A DNA stretch of 64,000 nucleotides from Schmidtea polychroa (Eukaryota): positions 1,178,001-1,242,000 of the forward strand of contig CM097886.1 of NCBI GenBank assembly GCA_044892525.1, read 5' to 3'. Numbering within the stretch: the stretch's first letter is position 1; every line of letters begins with the position of its first letter. The translations under genes were made by a program, and so were the position numbers. This document shows positions 38,208-51,500 of this stretch, one piece after another. The notes beneath the pieces are model-generated. The model was not told the DNA's origin. It ran no database searches and saw only the letters and a program-made list of their open reading frames with translations.

Positions 38208-41200
38208 ATTATTAGCAAATATGTTCAAAAATTACGGTTAATAATTAAAAAAACCTTTATGAAGTAGGCGGGATCAATTCCTTTGACACTGAAGACGGGC
38301 GGTTTCTCACAATTGACACCCCAATGATTATTCATACAAATACAATTATATGATCCAAAGACATTGACACATTTCGCGTCGTTTTTGCACGGAGAACTTA
38401 TACACTCATTGACATCGTGTTCACATGTTTCGCCCGTGAAATTTCGAGGACAAACACAAACCGTTTTCTGACTGATCTCTTTCGAATCGATTGGATGCAA
38501 AACACACAAACCCCCATTTAAACATGGGCTTGAACCACAAGGTCGTTTGGAGGTTTGACAATATTGACCTGTATATTTTCAATTAATTGATATTTATCCA
38601 TTTCAATAATGGCGAATCGAGATTCTGTTCAAATTATAGAGGCGATTTTGTGGGGGTTTTATTTCTATCATTCATTTTTTTTCATGAGTTTATATTTTCC
38701 AATAAGAGTATTTATTATTCTTATTGAATTAAAATTAATCGTTTGAATATTCAATTATGAAATATAACAAAAAATCCATTCAAAATATCATAGTATATTA
38801 TTAAAATAACAATTCTCATCTTAATCTACTCGGCTTTTTGTTAATTTGTAGTCAATACTAGTTGTAAAATGTTTTGTATTTTTGCGTGTTTCCTTATGTT
38901 GGAAAAAGACTGCCAAAAATCCCTATTAAATAGAAAATAAAACATTGATCAGAAAGAAATTAAGACAAACTTAGAAGATTCAATTTTGTTCCTAACATAA
39001 TGGATTCATAAGAAATATATTAGATTATGTAGAGGAATCTAATTAGATATAATTAATATTCAATATAGCACATCTTGCAACTCTTATAAAATTCTTTAAA
39101 CTCTTCTACATTTATTGTTCTTATTTTATCTGTTGACATTTTTATCACGAGACTTCGATTATGTATTTTCTTGATGACCGTCGTATCTACATCTGCCTTA
39201 TTATCGACACAAAATTCTCTATTAGTTCGAAATTTTTCTTTAATTCTTTTTTCTTTCGACATATTCAAGTCTTTGTTGCCGTTTGACTGCATTCCTTATA
39301 TATTTTTCCAATTATGCATAAATTACTCTTCTGTTAGTAATTCTGTTTGGTTTTTATAAAGTTTTTCTTCGGAGTTAATTTAAATGTGATCTCATATAGC
39401 ATAAATAGGGACCCACTAGCCAGAAACCAGAAACATAACGACCCAATACAAAATTTTTTCCTTCCTTTGCAATCAACTTTATATTTACCAACTCCGACTA
39501 AAATATTTTCCCATTAAACGTATTTTAATCCTTTCAAAATTTTGCTAACAAACCCTAAATTCTTAAAGATAATTATTACAATTAATTATTCGAAATAAAA
39601 GAATAAATTTAAAAAACACAGTTGCATTCTCGAATAAATTTAGCATATTAATGAGATGGGTGAGCTTGCATATTGCTGACTAGTTCGTTTTGTTTGTAGC
39701 AGATTGTGACGTAGTTTGTTTCATTTTTTTACAAATAGCATCCTTGCGACCCAGCTGGGAAGTTTCCCACATGCGGGTCGCGATTCATAGTTTGAGAATA
39801 GATGTCATATATCTTTCAATTGTTTTTCAATCATTGCATTAGCCAAATTATGAAACTATTTGAATTCGATGAATATTCATTAAATTTCTTTATTAATTTA
39901 AATGAACACACAGATCAAAGATAAGGAGGATTCTAGATTTTAATGAAAATAAATATATGTTTCATTTTAGTTAGAAAGGCAAAGATTCAAAGTAAGAACA
40001 CAACTGCCGACTGTTGAAACTATATTATAAGTCTGCGTTGAATGTCGTATTTGATTTACATCTAAAATCTTCTGGATTCCATAATCTCAATTCTTAATTA
40101 AAATGTCTCCATCAATTAATTGGCTACTTGAAAATAAATTATGTTGAAAAAATGGTATTTGTCAAATGTGCTAGAAGTATAGCAAAATTTCCCACCCCCT
40201 CAGAATGATTAAACTTGTCAACAGTTTCATGTTCAATGTGAATTTGTTTATTACACCACTATCTCCGATATTGAATCATAAAACGCCATCAGACCACTTT
40301 CATCATTCATTACATGTAAATCAAATACATTTCTCACGTCACTCAATATTGAAATTGTTAACCAATGAAAAACGTGTGAATTTAACCAGAATCTCAAGAG
40401 GCTCTTAAATAATTCACAAATAGAAATAACGCATACCCTCCAGTGAATCAGGACAAATACAATTGACAACGGATTCGTTCATTGAACATGATGCACTACC
40501 GTGACAAGGATTATCTAGAATGCACATGTCTCTCTCGGTACAATTCATTCCGGTCCAACCTGAAAGTCGATTTTCCAATGAATCACACTATAGCAATTCA
40601 CGCGTTGATAAACTACTAACCAATCAAACAATGCTTTTGACCGCTGACTTTGTCACAAGCATAGAAGCCAGTTTTCAGTGAAAATGACGGTTTGCAATAC
40701 TGACTACATCCGGGACCGTAATAGAATTCTTTACACTGTCCATAGACTTTTATAATCATCTCGGAATTGAGAGAACTGAGAACGATTTGATTCAAACCGC
40801 TGAGGTCTCCATCATGTCCAATTATTGGCAGCTGAAATACGTGCTGCATCTGGCTGATCAATTGTTGACCAGAAATGTCATCATCAGTAATGTTGATCAA
40901 AATTTTTAAGTTTTCCTGTCCAAACCGAGCAAAATATTAATACTAAATTTGATTGGTTTGCTATTAATTTGAAATAGTTTTTCCCCCCAACTTCTTAAGG
41001 GAGGGATTTTTAATTTTAGTAAGTTTTATTAGGTTTATAATTTATTTCTAGGTGAATTCAAACTAAATATAGCATTCTAGTTCTTAATGTTTTGACTGCC
41101 ACCATTTTCGTATAGAACAATTTACAGCATTTCCTTTTTTACTCGTAACCATTTGACAGTTTCTAAGATTTTTTTTAATGTTGTTTCTTTATTGACATTG

Positions 41201-42442
41201 AATTTATTGTATTCGCAGAATCATTCCAATCGTGGGTCAAAATTAAGATGATTTTTTGGTTTCGATTTACGGTGTTTGAAATGACACAGATGGCATAAGA
41301 AACAGATCATAGAATAGAGGAAATTAAGAAGCGGGTTTTCTAGTTTGTATTGTTAGTTTCATAGGATGATAAAGGCTTCGAAAATTAATCTAATGATGAA
41401 AAAAAAATCGATGCAAGCGCCTTGAAAGTTACGTTTGAACATAGAGTAACTCAATTGGATTCGAGAGAACCTGTAAATTTAATTGGTTTATGGAAGATTG
41501 GTTTTTCCGTATTATTGTTATATGATATTTTATTATCACCCTTGGAACGGTTTGCATGATATTAATTCCTTAAATTTAGATTTCAAACAAAATAAAAATC
41601 TAAAAAAAAAAAAAAAAAAACTAGCAAATAAAAAATATTTAAAATTACTTAATCAATTCTGATAAAGACACCCTGAATATGTTAAATATCAACAGTAATA
41701 CGGTGGTAAATTTATTGCTAAAATGATAACTACTGATAATTTGTAATCGACCAGATAAATAAATAATATAAAATAATTCAATATTAAACTAAAATCATAA
41801 TATTCATTAATTTTCCCATGTAACTTTAATGGTAGGAATTCATAAAATTTATTAACCTAGTGATAACCACTGATAATTTCAAATCAATTATATAATGTCA
41901 TGGAATTAAGCAATAGAAGTTAAAATTATTAAAAACTAAGAATTGAACTAATACAAAAATTACTTGTCAAAATAAATTATAAGAAAATATTATTGTAAAA
42001 TCCAAATTCTATACAAGATTATGTAATAATAATAATAATAATAATGTTACACAATAATTATATTAAATGAAACTTACTGGCATTGAGGTAAGTGTAAAAT
42101 TAAATGGATTTGGAATAAATCCGATAGATGAGTCAAAACGAACATGTAACGTGTTATGAAAAATATTATTCAATGTAGATATATAGCCAACATTGCAAGG
42201 AACACTAAATTGAAATTCTCATAAAAATTGTCTTCGTAATAAAATTATTTAACCAACTTTGGATTTTTATGTTCGACATCTCTTAAACATATACCAAATA
42301 CTAAATCACACTTATCATGAACAAATTGATTAAACCAAGAATCACATTCTACACCATTATCTGTCTTTCCAGATGGATTAATATATGACACAAGGTAGAC
42401 AAATACACTTCCGGGGCCATTTGCTTTTGATTGAATGATAAG
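32651..42442 (-). CDS. Delta-like Notch ligand (MNNL/C2, DSL, 3 EGF, TM, PDZ-binding ESVI); first exon/start unresolved
   Basis: In-phase exons ~42442-42258, 42204-42078, 40915-40621 (DSL: CKEFYYGPGCSQYCKP...FYACDKVSGQKHCLIGWTGMNC), 40559-40437, 38568-38255 (EGFs), 33041-32890 (TM IIVLLVTVMCLVFIVGLLSLLYY), 32828-32651 (ends ...KESVI*). Confidence 0.88.
33670..34318 (-). mobile_element. Internally deleted Charlie-group hAT (GTF2IRD2/SPIN-like transposase remnant)
   Basis: Ends CAGGGATTTCAAACTC...GCGGGCCGC and GGGCCGCAAGTTTGACATATCTG. 8-bp TSD ATCTACAT / ATCTACAC. Remnant: WDLKDEICQFL...WWQDLSFMVDITKHLSDLNLKLQGKDQIITNMCDQVDAFK. Confidence 0.85.
38147..38208. repeat. (TA)n(TG)n compound microsatellite
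   Basis: Direct inspection. Confidence 0.9.
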
Positions 42443-44236
42443 CTTGTAATAAACAATTAAATTAAATAAACATAAACAATATCAAAATTAATTTTTCAAA
42501 AATTTCAATATACTTTGAGAAGACAAGCAATCAATATAAATCTCATATCAAAAAAGTCACAGGGAAATATTAGAACAAATTTTTGCCAAAATAAAATAAT
42601 TAATGAGCTTTTTAAAAAATATTTAAATAATACATCTACTTTTTAAAACGGTTTGCTTAATTTAAACAACATTTAATAATATTGGTCAAATAAAATAAAT
42701 GTAAATATAAAACACTTTACAGACACATGTGATGAATGTTTAGATTTAGATGTTTTCAAAAAAAAGTTATGAATCACTATAAACTTAAAAAAAATTATTT
42801 AAATTAGCAAAAGATAATTGATGTTATTAAAAATCGACACAACGATGACCACCGATATTAACAACTTTAGACGATATTAGTATCAATGTTGTGCCACCTC
42901 ATCATCATTCCAACCTAGTGGTACTCCGCTTCGAAACACTTTACTCACATTTTAAGTGATTGGATTTCGATTTGATTTTGCGTGGCTTGTTCCTGCTACT
43001 CCATGTTTACTAATTTATCTTTCTCCATCTGTTCGGACATATATCAGGTTGCTTTAAACTCGTGACACTTGAGTTTAAGTCGTCTGACTTGCAGTAGGTG
43101 AAAATCTTCCTCCATGATAAAGAAAGGGCGATAATAAAAAATAAAATATAAAAATAAAATTTTAGCCAAATAAATTAAAAAATAGAATAAGAAATGGAAA
43201 ACATATTTATAATTAGTTAAATTATCAAAAATGGAACAAAATCGAATAAAAACTGCAAAATCCAACTTGGAGTTGAAAATAGCAAAAATTAAATAAATTG
43301 GTGGGTTACAAGTAATCAAACATTTTACTCCGTCGTGCTGTTTCCAGCGTAACCCAGAATACAATTGAATTTCGACCACTTGATACCCGTTGAGTGATCA
43401 ATGTATCAACGGTTGGAGTGCTAGCAAAAAGTGAGCATACTCCGTATACTATAATTGTCCGGTACTCCCTTGGGTCCACGGACTGCTGATAAAACCGATT
43501 TTCCTGGTCCCTCTATTTTAGATTGTAATCCCGGATCTCGCTTCCTTATCATGTCTCACTACTCAAACAAACAAATTTGTACTGTAAACAAACGTAAGAA
43601 TAATTTAACATTACAATTACATCTAATTCCACAATAACTGTAATCGTCACAACAAGAGTTTGGATTGTTAGTCGATCAAAGGGGTCTGGCATTTGGCGCA
43701 TTTGTCTGCTGCACTTGCCTTAGTCTTAATCTGAACACTTAAATGAGAAATCACTTAACATTATGACATTCTACGAGATTGGACATTCAATTTATTTCAT
43801 TAATCATAACCGAGCAGAAAGAGTAATAATTCCGGATTTCCTATGCTCTATCATTTGATTGCCGCAAATTAGGTTAAACTTTCCTCAGTCAAAATAAGTT
43901 CCATTGCACAGGGGGTTTCAATTTGGCAGCCCATCCCCTTCTTAAACATAACACTAAAATAGGAGTACATTATATTAAAGTTCGCCATAAAAGTACAAAT
44001 AACCAAAATCAATATAACTGTTTTAAGACATACATAGATTAAGATCTATCATAAGAACAAAACTAAACTAAGGTTAAAGTAAATACAGCAGTTTTATTAC
44101 AAGTACCAGGGTTAAATTCCTTGTCAACACGCAATAATAGTTGTCGAATAATATCACTCTCCTTGGGGCCCTTTTCGATGTCGTCCCCGCTTCCTGGGAA
44201 CGGTTGGAGTAGGCCTTTAAGTTTCGCTCGGCTTGT

Positions 44237-44620
44237 CTAATGGATGGTCAAGACCGCGTTGAATGGCGGCCAGCCTATCTTCGTTGCAGAGTAGTCGGGC
44301 GGTTCTATCGGGGTCTCATTTCCGATCCATCTCAGCCGTCCCACTGCTGCTCCGACGTCTTCGAGGGCTCTCACCTGGGCCTCCTTCCCTAGATTGTTGT
44401 AGGGCTCTAATTTTGTCTGTATTGGTACCGTGTCCTCGCACATCCACTCATGGATCCGGTACCAGATCGCTGTGGATCGAAGACGGGTAATGGATAGAAC
44501 TCCGGATTCATTAGGGTTGATTTGGTTGTTATCTCTGTTCTGGGGTGCTTCGTGGTTGAGAGCGGTTGATGAGGTACTGGGCCGAGAAGCTATTTTCCTT
44601 GCTTTGGACATATCTTTCAA
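44237..44620 (-). other. GC-richer intronless ORF (127 aa) of unknown function in a TE-derived region
   Basis: Open frame with non-low-complexity composition (IWYRIHEWMCEDTVP...LRWIGNETPIEPPDY) inside AT-rich DNA. No recognised domain. Confidence 0.4.
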
Positions 44621-44650
44621 AATAAAAAACGCGAATTTTTTACGTGATAA

Positions 44651-47207
44651 TAGTAGTATATAATTAATTTAGATGAAATTCGAAAATAACAATGTAATCT
44701 GAAAATTAATAATGGATCAGAATAATTCTTCTATAGTTGTATCGTTGGGGGAAATATTCAGCTACTCCACAGGGCCTAAATTAGATCCTACATGTTGGTT
44801 ACTTAGGGGTGTGTCATTTAAAATTTTTAAATGCATTAGGGGTAATCATATATATTCACTCGACTCTTTCCTAAGCACCTCCATGACTATTGCAATTTAA
44901 CCATTTGTGTACCCATGGAGACGACCATGTTGGTACTGTACACAAAGGCGAAAAAACAATGAGCAGGTGAGCTCTATTGCTAAAACTACTCCCCATTGTA
45001 TTTTCTCTTCGGGTTCTAGACGGCCGATAGAAGGTCTTACGTCATTGATCATTTTCTTTTTTTACTTTTCTATCTCATTCGGTTAAGGTCTTCATTTCTA
45101 GTTGTTTTCTATTGTTTTCTTTTCAAAATTTTGTGAAGGGATGCGCCCTTATTTTTCTATTAATAAAGGTTGCTAGGTATTTCTTTTGATATTTATGAAT
45201 ATTTAAACTATCTCGCAAAAAAAAATTTGAGCAGGGATTGGCCCTTATTTTCCAGCTAATAATTATTGTTCTACACTTCCTACAATATCTAAATTATCCT
45301 TTGAAAAATTTGAGCAGGGATTGGCCCTTATTTTCAAGTTAATCCACGCTTCCCATAATATTTAAGTTATACTTCAAAAAATTTGAGCAGGGATCTGCCT
45401 GTATTCTCAGTCCTAACCTATGTTTGGCCAAAGTACTTCCAGCGATAGGACCCGTGAGGAAGCCCCCACATTTCAACCCAATCCAGCTGCGTGATTCAAG
45501 AACCTCATGTCCACCGGCTGAGCTCCCGAAGGCACCTCATGCCATGACATGAAGTTCCTCAACTCCACGTTACTATCGTTCACAATCAACAAATAATATA
45601 AATGAACTCAATAAAAACTATTATTTCAAACTTGAAACTAAATGGAATTAAACAATAATAAAAAAAACTAAACTAAATTGAATATAAAATTTATTTAACT
45701 TAAAACATTACCTAAAATTTCACATTAAAATAAAATTACCAGTCCAATCCACAAGGGCATAAAATCGAAAATTGAGAGCATATGTTCGTTACCTGACAAA
45801 CGATTTGTTGTGTAAAACTGAAAACTAATTTAACAAGTTGAACAACTGAAATTTCAATCCGTATTTATACTGATTGAATTGTACGCCTACGCATTCTCTG
45901 CTACTATATCCAATTAGAATGCGAGGCAATTCTGATTAATTTTTCATGCATGCATGCATGTGTGCAATTATTGTCTTTTGATTTAATTAATTTAGTTAAT
46001 CAAAATTCTAATTTTTATTAACTTTTAAGATTTATTTTTATAAATTCTATAATCAAAATAGTTTTTTTGCTAATTTTAATTTAGTTTTACAAGTTTTGTA
46101 ATTTAAATAAGTTCAGTTAATTTTACTTTAGTTTCATTAATTTAAACAATTTGGTTTTATAAGTTGTATAATTTAAATAATTTTGTTGGTTTTATTTTTA
46201 GTTTTAGTTTTATAAATTTTATGGTTTATCTAATTTTACTACTTTCATTCTACATTTTTTATTATTTCTCCAGTTTACTAGATAATTTATTTTAAATTTT
46301 AAATTTATTTATTTAGAAATTTTCCATATTATTAATTAATTCATTACCCATTATTTTATTTATTATTATTTTAATTTTTAGTTGTTAGATATTCCGAATG
46401 CGATGTTTCTCCTAATTGTGTTAGTGATTGCGACCTTTATTTTCGTTCCTTTATTTTATCACCCGGGTCTTATTTATCATCAATGTGTTATGTACTTTAA
46501 TTTGTATTGATTAGTGTTTTAATTTAACTTGGTGCGATTTTTTTGTTATGTATTTTTTATTCATTAAAACAAGCTCTCGATTCTCGGTTCTAGCCCAACA
46601 TACATAAATATTTTTCTTTTTAGGTGTGTTGATTGTGCCTTGAGAAACTATAATGCTGAACCTAGGATTATAGGTGGTAAATTGTAGAGTTCAATTTGGG
46701 TTGTGGTTGACAGTATGGAACTCCGGAAAGTGATATTCCTGAATTGAATTTACACTCTCGAGTTTTGGGGGTTGCATTTGGCCGTGGACTTAAGAATGAA
46801 AATGGTTGTGTTCTCGATTGGATAAATTCTAGGCCTAGTAGTCGAAATCATAATGGGGAATATTTGACAATAGTAAGTCTCAATCCCAACCCACAATCAG
46901 TGGAGCCGTTGACAGTCCGGAAATTATCGAGTCAATACTCTTTCCGGAGTTCCATACTGTCAACCACAACCCAAATTGAACTCTACAATTTACCACCTAT
47001 AATCCTAGGTTCAGCATTATAGTTTCTCAAGGCACAATCAACACACCTAAAAAGAAAAATATTTATGTAGGATCTAATTTAGGCTCTGTGGAGTAGTTGA
47101 ATATTTCCCCCAACGATACAACTATAGAAGAATTATTCTGATCCATTATTAATTTTCAGATTACATTGTTATTTTCGAATTTCATCTAAATTAATTATAT
47201 ACTACTA
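44651..47207. mobile_element. Long-TIR foldback MITE (Academ-like TAG..CTA termini) interrupted by a solo LTR
   Basis: Left arm 44651-44792 + 46603-46732 is the near-perfect reverse complement of 46941-47207 (~270 bp), with a ~208-bp spacer. 4-bp TSD ATAA on both sides. The family assignment rests only on termini and TSD length. Confidence 0.75.
44793..46600 (+). mobile_element. Solo LTR (1808 bp), Gypsy-type
   Basis: TGTTGG...CCAACA termini and an exact 4-bp TSD TACA (44789-44792, 46601-46604). Removing it restores the MITE arm. ATTAAA ~35 nt before the end. Three ~75-85-bp internal repeats (AAAAATTTGAGCAGGGA) at 45221, 45304 and 45377. Confidence 0.85.
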
Positions 47208-47316
47208 ATAAAAACGCATTCTGGTTGATTATTAAATTCAATTTGCATTGTCATTCCAAATTTTTCATTTACAATAATTTAATACTACTAATATAAAAAA
47301 TGTTGTCAGACACATT

Positions 47317-47884
47317 GTTCAAATTGACGAAAGCATTGTTTTACCTAGAAAATATAATGTGGGTCTTACTGTACGCGATCGATGGGTCTATGATGGCGTG
47401 GATACCACTACGAAGATGGAATTTATGGTTTTTGTTAACGATCGATTTGGTGACACGTTGATCTCTTTAATACAAAAATATAATGCGCTCGGAAGTGAAA
47501 TACACATCGACAAGTAGGCAGCGTATTACGGCATTGCTCAGGTGCCAGCGAATCCACAATTTATAGATTGTCGGATTAATCACTAATAAAATTTTGTGGA
47601 CCCCCACACATTTTCATGTAAGAAGACGATTAAGGGAATGTGGAATCATCTAAAGAGAAATTAAAAGCCATGCCTGGAGCAAATGATGAACTGCTGTGGG
47701 CGAATTCCTGTGGTGTTAACAGTGCCGAAATGGTAATATGTCTATGTTTGATTGTCTTCATATGAACATATATCGGTGGTATCTTGTTCTTCATTGAGTT
47801 AAATAAGCATTATTTTGGAAATTGTTTTTGTATGTATTATTCACGAGACCTCTTAAAATCAATAGGGGTAGTTATTAGGGAACC
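47317..47884 (+). mobile_element. Merlin (IS1016/ISXO2-like) transposase pseudogene with probable right end
   Basis: VQIDES...RKYNVG...WVYDGVD...DR..DTLISLI...GSEIHID..AAY...INH**NFVDP...IKGMWNHLKR matches Merlin DDE motifs. Terminus ...GGGGTAGTTATTAGGGAACC. Confidence 0.8.
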
Positions 47885-48580
47885 AAAAAAGCCAAGATCA
47901 CCTTAATCTTTTAGTTAAAATATGTAAATCAATTATTATTTTGGTATAATATATAATATAATACTAGAGTACTTAATTTGGTTAGAATTTTATTTTCTAT
48001 CCATGTCTTATTATCATATAAAATAAAGACAAAACTTTTAAATAGATTACAACCATTACTTTCATGATTTTAATTACTTTTATAATCTAAATTTATAACA
48101 ATTTGTTTTAAATATCTTAAATTAAACAATCATTTGTTTGAAGTAAACGAAGTATCGATTTCTCTCCTATCTTAATTTTAGCAAGTAAGCATATAATATT
48201 TGTCTTATCATTAGTTTATGATGAAATAATTCTTTATTATCAGTATATCGATGTGAGAATTTAGTAACTTTAATAACTTTGTTAGAAGTCACAGACATTT
48301 TTTGCTTAGTGTACGTATTTAAAAACTCCACAATTACTTTTATATTACATTTGGTTTTTGTTGTATTCAAATTAGTTATTTAACTTAAATAATTTCGAAG
48401 TTTTGAACTTGATTTGTAGTAAAAATTTTAAATTTTATGAAGATTGAATTTCCAATTTCTTAATTCCATTTTGTCTTTAATTTGTAGTTTTTCATTAATT
48501 ATATAAATTTATTAGAAATTCTTAACTATTTAATGTACATTTTACAAACTTATTTAATATAAACTATTTATAAGAGCCAA

Positions 48581-51500
48581 ATGAATCAAAATATATGCAA
48601 ATCATCTTTGTGGAAAGGTCAGAATATAGTTCAGTCTTCAGGTAACTTTAACGCCATAATTTAACATATGTGAAATTTGGTGACGCCAACTTGAGATATT
48701 TTTCTACAAAATTTGTTTGAGTATATATATTTTCAAAAAATCTTTAAGCAGTATGCTTAGAGTGTTTATCTATTTGTCTAGGCGAATATAATATTCAGTT
48801 TACTTATAACTTAGGTTTTGCATTAAATTAATTTCCCTAATTTTATTATAACAATAGAAGCTTTATCTCCAAATGGTGTCATCAAATAATAATTTATTGT
48901 GCTTGCATCGATTAGAGGCCTTGTAGTTTTTTGTTGATTTTTAATTGCAGAGCATGCCACAGGGGCATTGGGATCTAATATAAAATCTATTGATAATGAT
49001 TTGGAATTAAAGAATTATATCAATTCATCGAATAAGCAGTTTGATGGGTCGGGCAGTGGAAATGTATTTGACGATAAAATGTATCATGCCAATGATAAAA
49101 TCAATGATCGATCGTTAAATAGCTCATCTTTCAATCAATATAACACTCAGATTACTACAATATCAACAGCCTGCGACTTTAAGGGTTCCGGTGAAGTGGA
49201 TTCTGAAACATTTTTGGAAGGACCATACGCATCAAATGTTAATATTTTTTGTTTGATATTCCTAAATAACAATTTTTATTTTTTACAATAAGAATTGAAT
49301 TGCTAAATTTATAAGGAAACTTAAAATATTTAGATTTACCCACCTGGCTCCATTTTGGCATCATTAGCCCGCGGTTGAAAAATGTAAAATCATATATGTT
49401 CTGATTACAATGAATCCATAAATTTGAAAGACGTCAGGCGATGTTTTGTTAATCCGGAGTTAGTGGTTAAGTTATCACATTTGATGCCATATAATACGGC
49501 ACGTTTCAACTCTTCTTTGCAATAGAGGATTTAGTGCGCATTTTTAATTGATATACGTAAATTAAATGTATTTTTTCTAACTAAACTTGTCCTAAATTTG
49601 CTAGTCAGGAAAAAATAGTTATAAAGTATAAATCTTAATATTCATATTTATTTGTAACATCGTTCTTCAAACCGTATTCCGAGGAAGGTCATCCGTGTAG
49701 CGGGCCTTATCGTTTTTTTGATGAAATAAAGGAAAAGGCTTAAAATAATTACAATATAATAACTTTTTTTCATTTCTATTCAGTAAAAATGTATTTATGA
49801 TTACTCGTTATAATGAATAATCATTCACTGGAGCAGTGAAAATAAAATACAGAAATATACTGGATGTCAGATTTCGATATTATGTAAAAAATGCAAACAT
49901 ATCTCGATCATTGAACTAAATTAATATTAAAATTATCCAATAAAAGAAAATTATAATAAAATGTAAAATAGCTGTCTTATTATTTTGCACATAATACCGA
50001 TTCTTCCAATGGCTTATAGTTTCAATTGTTTAGTTTTAAAGATTCCTTGAGTATTCAAAATTTGAAGATTATTGGTTTAACACGTTCCATTGTACCGTTA
50101 TGTAATACACGGCTGCTGTATGCTTACATATACTGTTTTGAATGCCGTGTACCATGGATAAAGCTAAGTAAATGCTTTGAATTCTAAAATTCAGATTTAA
50201 TTCCAAAGCAGTTTGCTATCCTTAATTGGCTGTGATCATTACCTTCACCTGGCATTCGGGTAAAAGTTTTTCCTTTTTTTGTTCCTACCCCAAACTCTGG
50301 AAATTATTCTGTTGACCCTTGTGGTTATTGTACAAAATAAAATCAATATATTTTATTAATAATTTTAGAATTCTGTGCCACTTCTGGTTGCTGTTGTAGT
50401 TTTTAAGCAAGTTTAAATGATATACTCTCTTGAATAAAAATCTATATTAATAAAACTTATAAAATAAATATTCTGTGTGATATATAATTCAAAGTGATGT
50501 ATAAATGAACGAATGCCATATAATATCGATGTGCTTGTAAAGTCAAAAACCGATAAAATAGAGGTGATGTAATTATAATTTTTTGGCTCTTTTAATCTAA
50601 ATTAATGAGTTGTTTATTAATGATAAAATATATTTTATAGGATTAATCAACAATTTTTACGAGGAATATAACGAGAAATATATTTTTTTTAAAAATATAT
50701 TTCTCGTTATATTCCTCGTAAAAATTGTTGATTAATCCTATAAAATATATTTTGGTGTTAGTTATAATTTAAATTGAGCTCATTCACTACAACCCAATCT
50801 AAATCGAAACATTCTACTCATTCCGTTAATATTGAATCCTCGAATAATCGTGTTTCACTTTCCTTAATTTTTTAACATGATAATTCCATCCAAATCGTTT
50901 AATTTATACCGACCACTGGATCTGCACTCGTGCATTGGTGCAAGGAAAATTACGTAACACATACGTGTAGCGGTGTGCGAGATAAACCGATGTGCGAGAT
51001 AAACCGATGCGCGATTGTGTTTAACACATGCAACAAAAAATTCAAATTAATTAGAATTTAAATTTGGAAAATTCGTTCAAAATTTTTTTCAAAAATTTAA
51101 TTTAATTTATGCAAAAATTATTGAATTTTTTAAAATTTATCTTTTTTAATCAAAATTAATTTTATTAAATTTTATTTAAATAATAATAATCATAAAAATT
51201 GTGATATTTTGTTTTTATTGAACAAAATTTTAAATTTATAAAAATATTTTAATACAAATGGACTTATTTCAGCGATCTTTCATAAATATCTCGAAAAAAA
51301 GCGATCAGTCAATGTCGCATAGTTCTCCGTCATATGCGAATTCAAACGCGCACGATTCTGCATTAATAATGAAACTTTTACAGCAATCTAAAGTAAAATG
51401 GTTCCTTTACAATTTGAGTTATTTGAGTCGAATATTATCCAGCAGTCGAATGATGTGACTGCATCGAATCTTCGAATCACCAGCAATTCCGACATGTCCA

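Noticed and set aside
45221-45400. Three spaced ~30-bp direct repeats resembling a CRISPR array
   Set aside because: Eukaryotic LTR-internal repeats with similar spacers and no cas genes.
44651-47207. DIRS-like split inverted repeat or Polinton AGTAGT terminus
   Set aside because: Fully explained by a solo LTR inserted in one MITE arm; no tyrosine recombinase and no 6-bp TSD.
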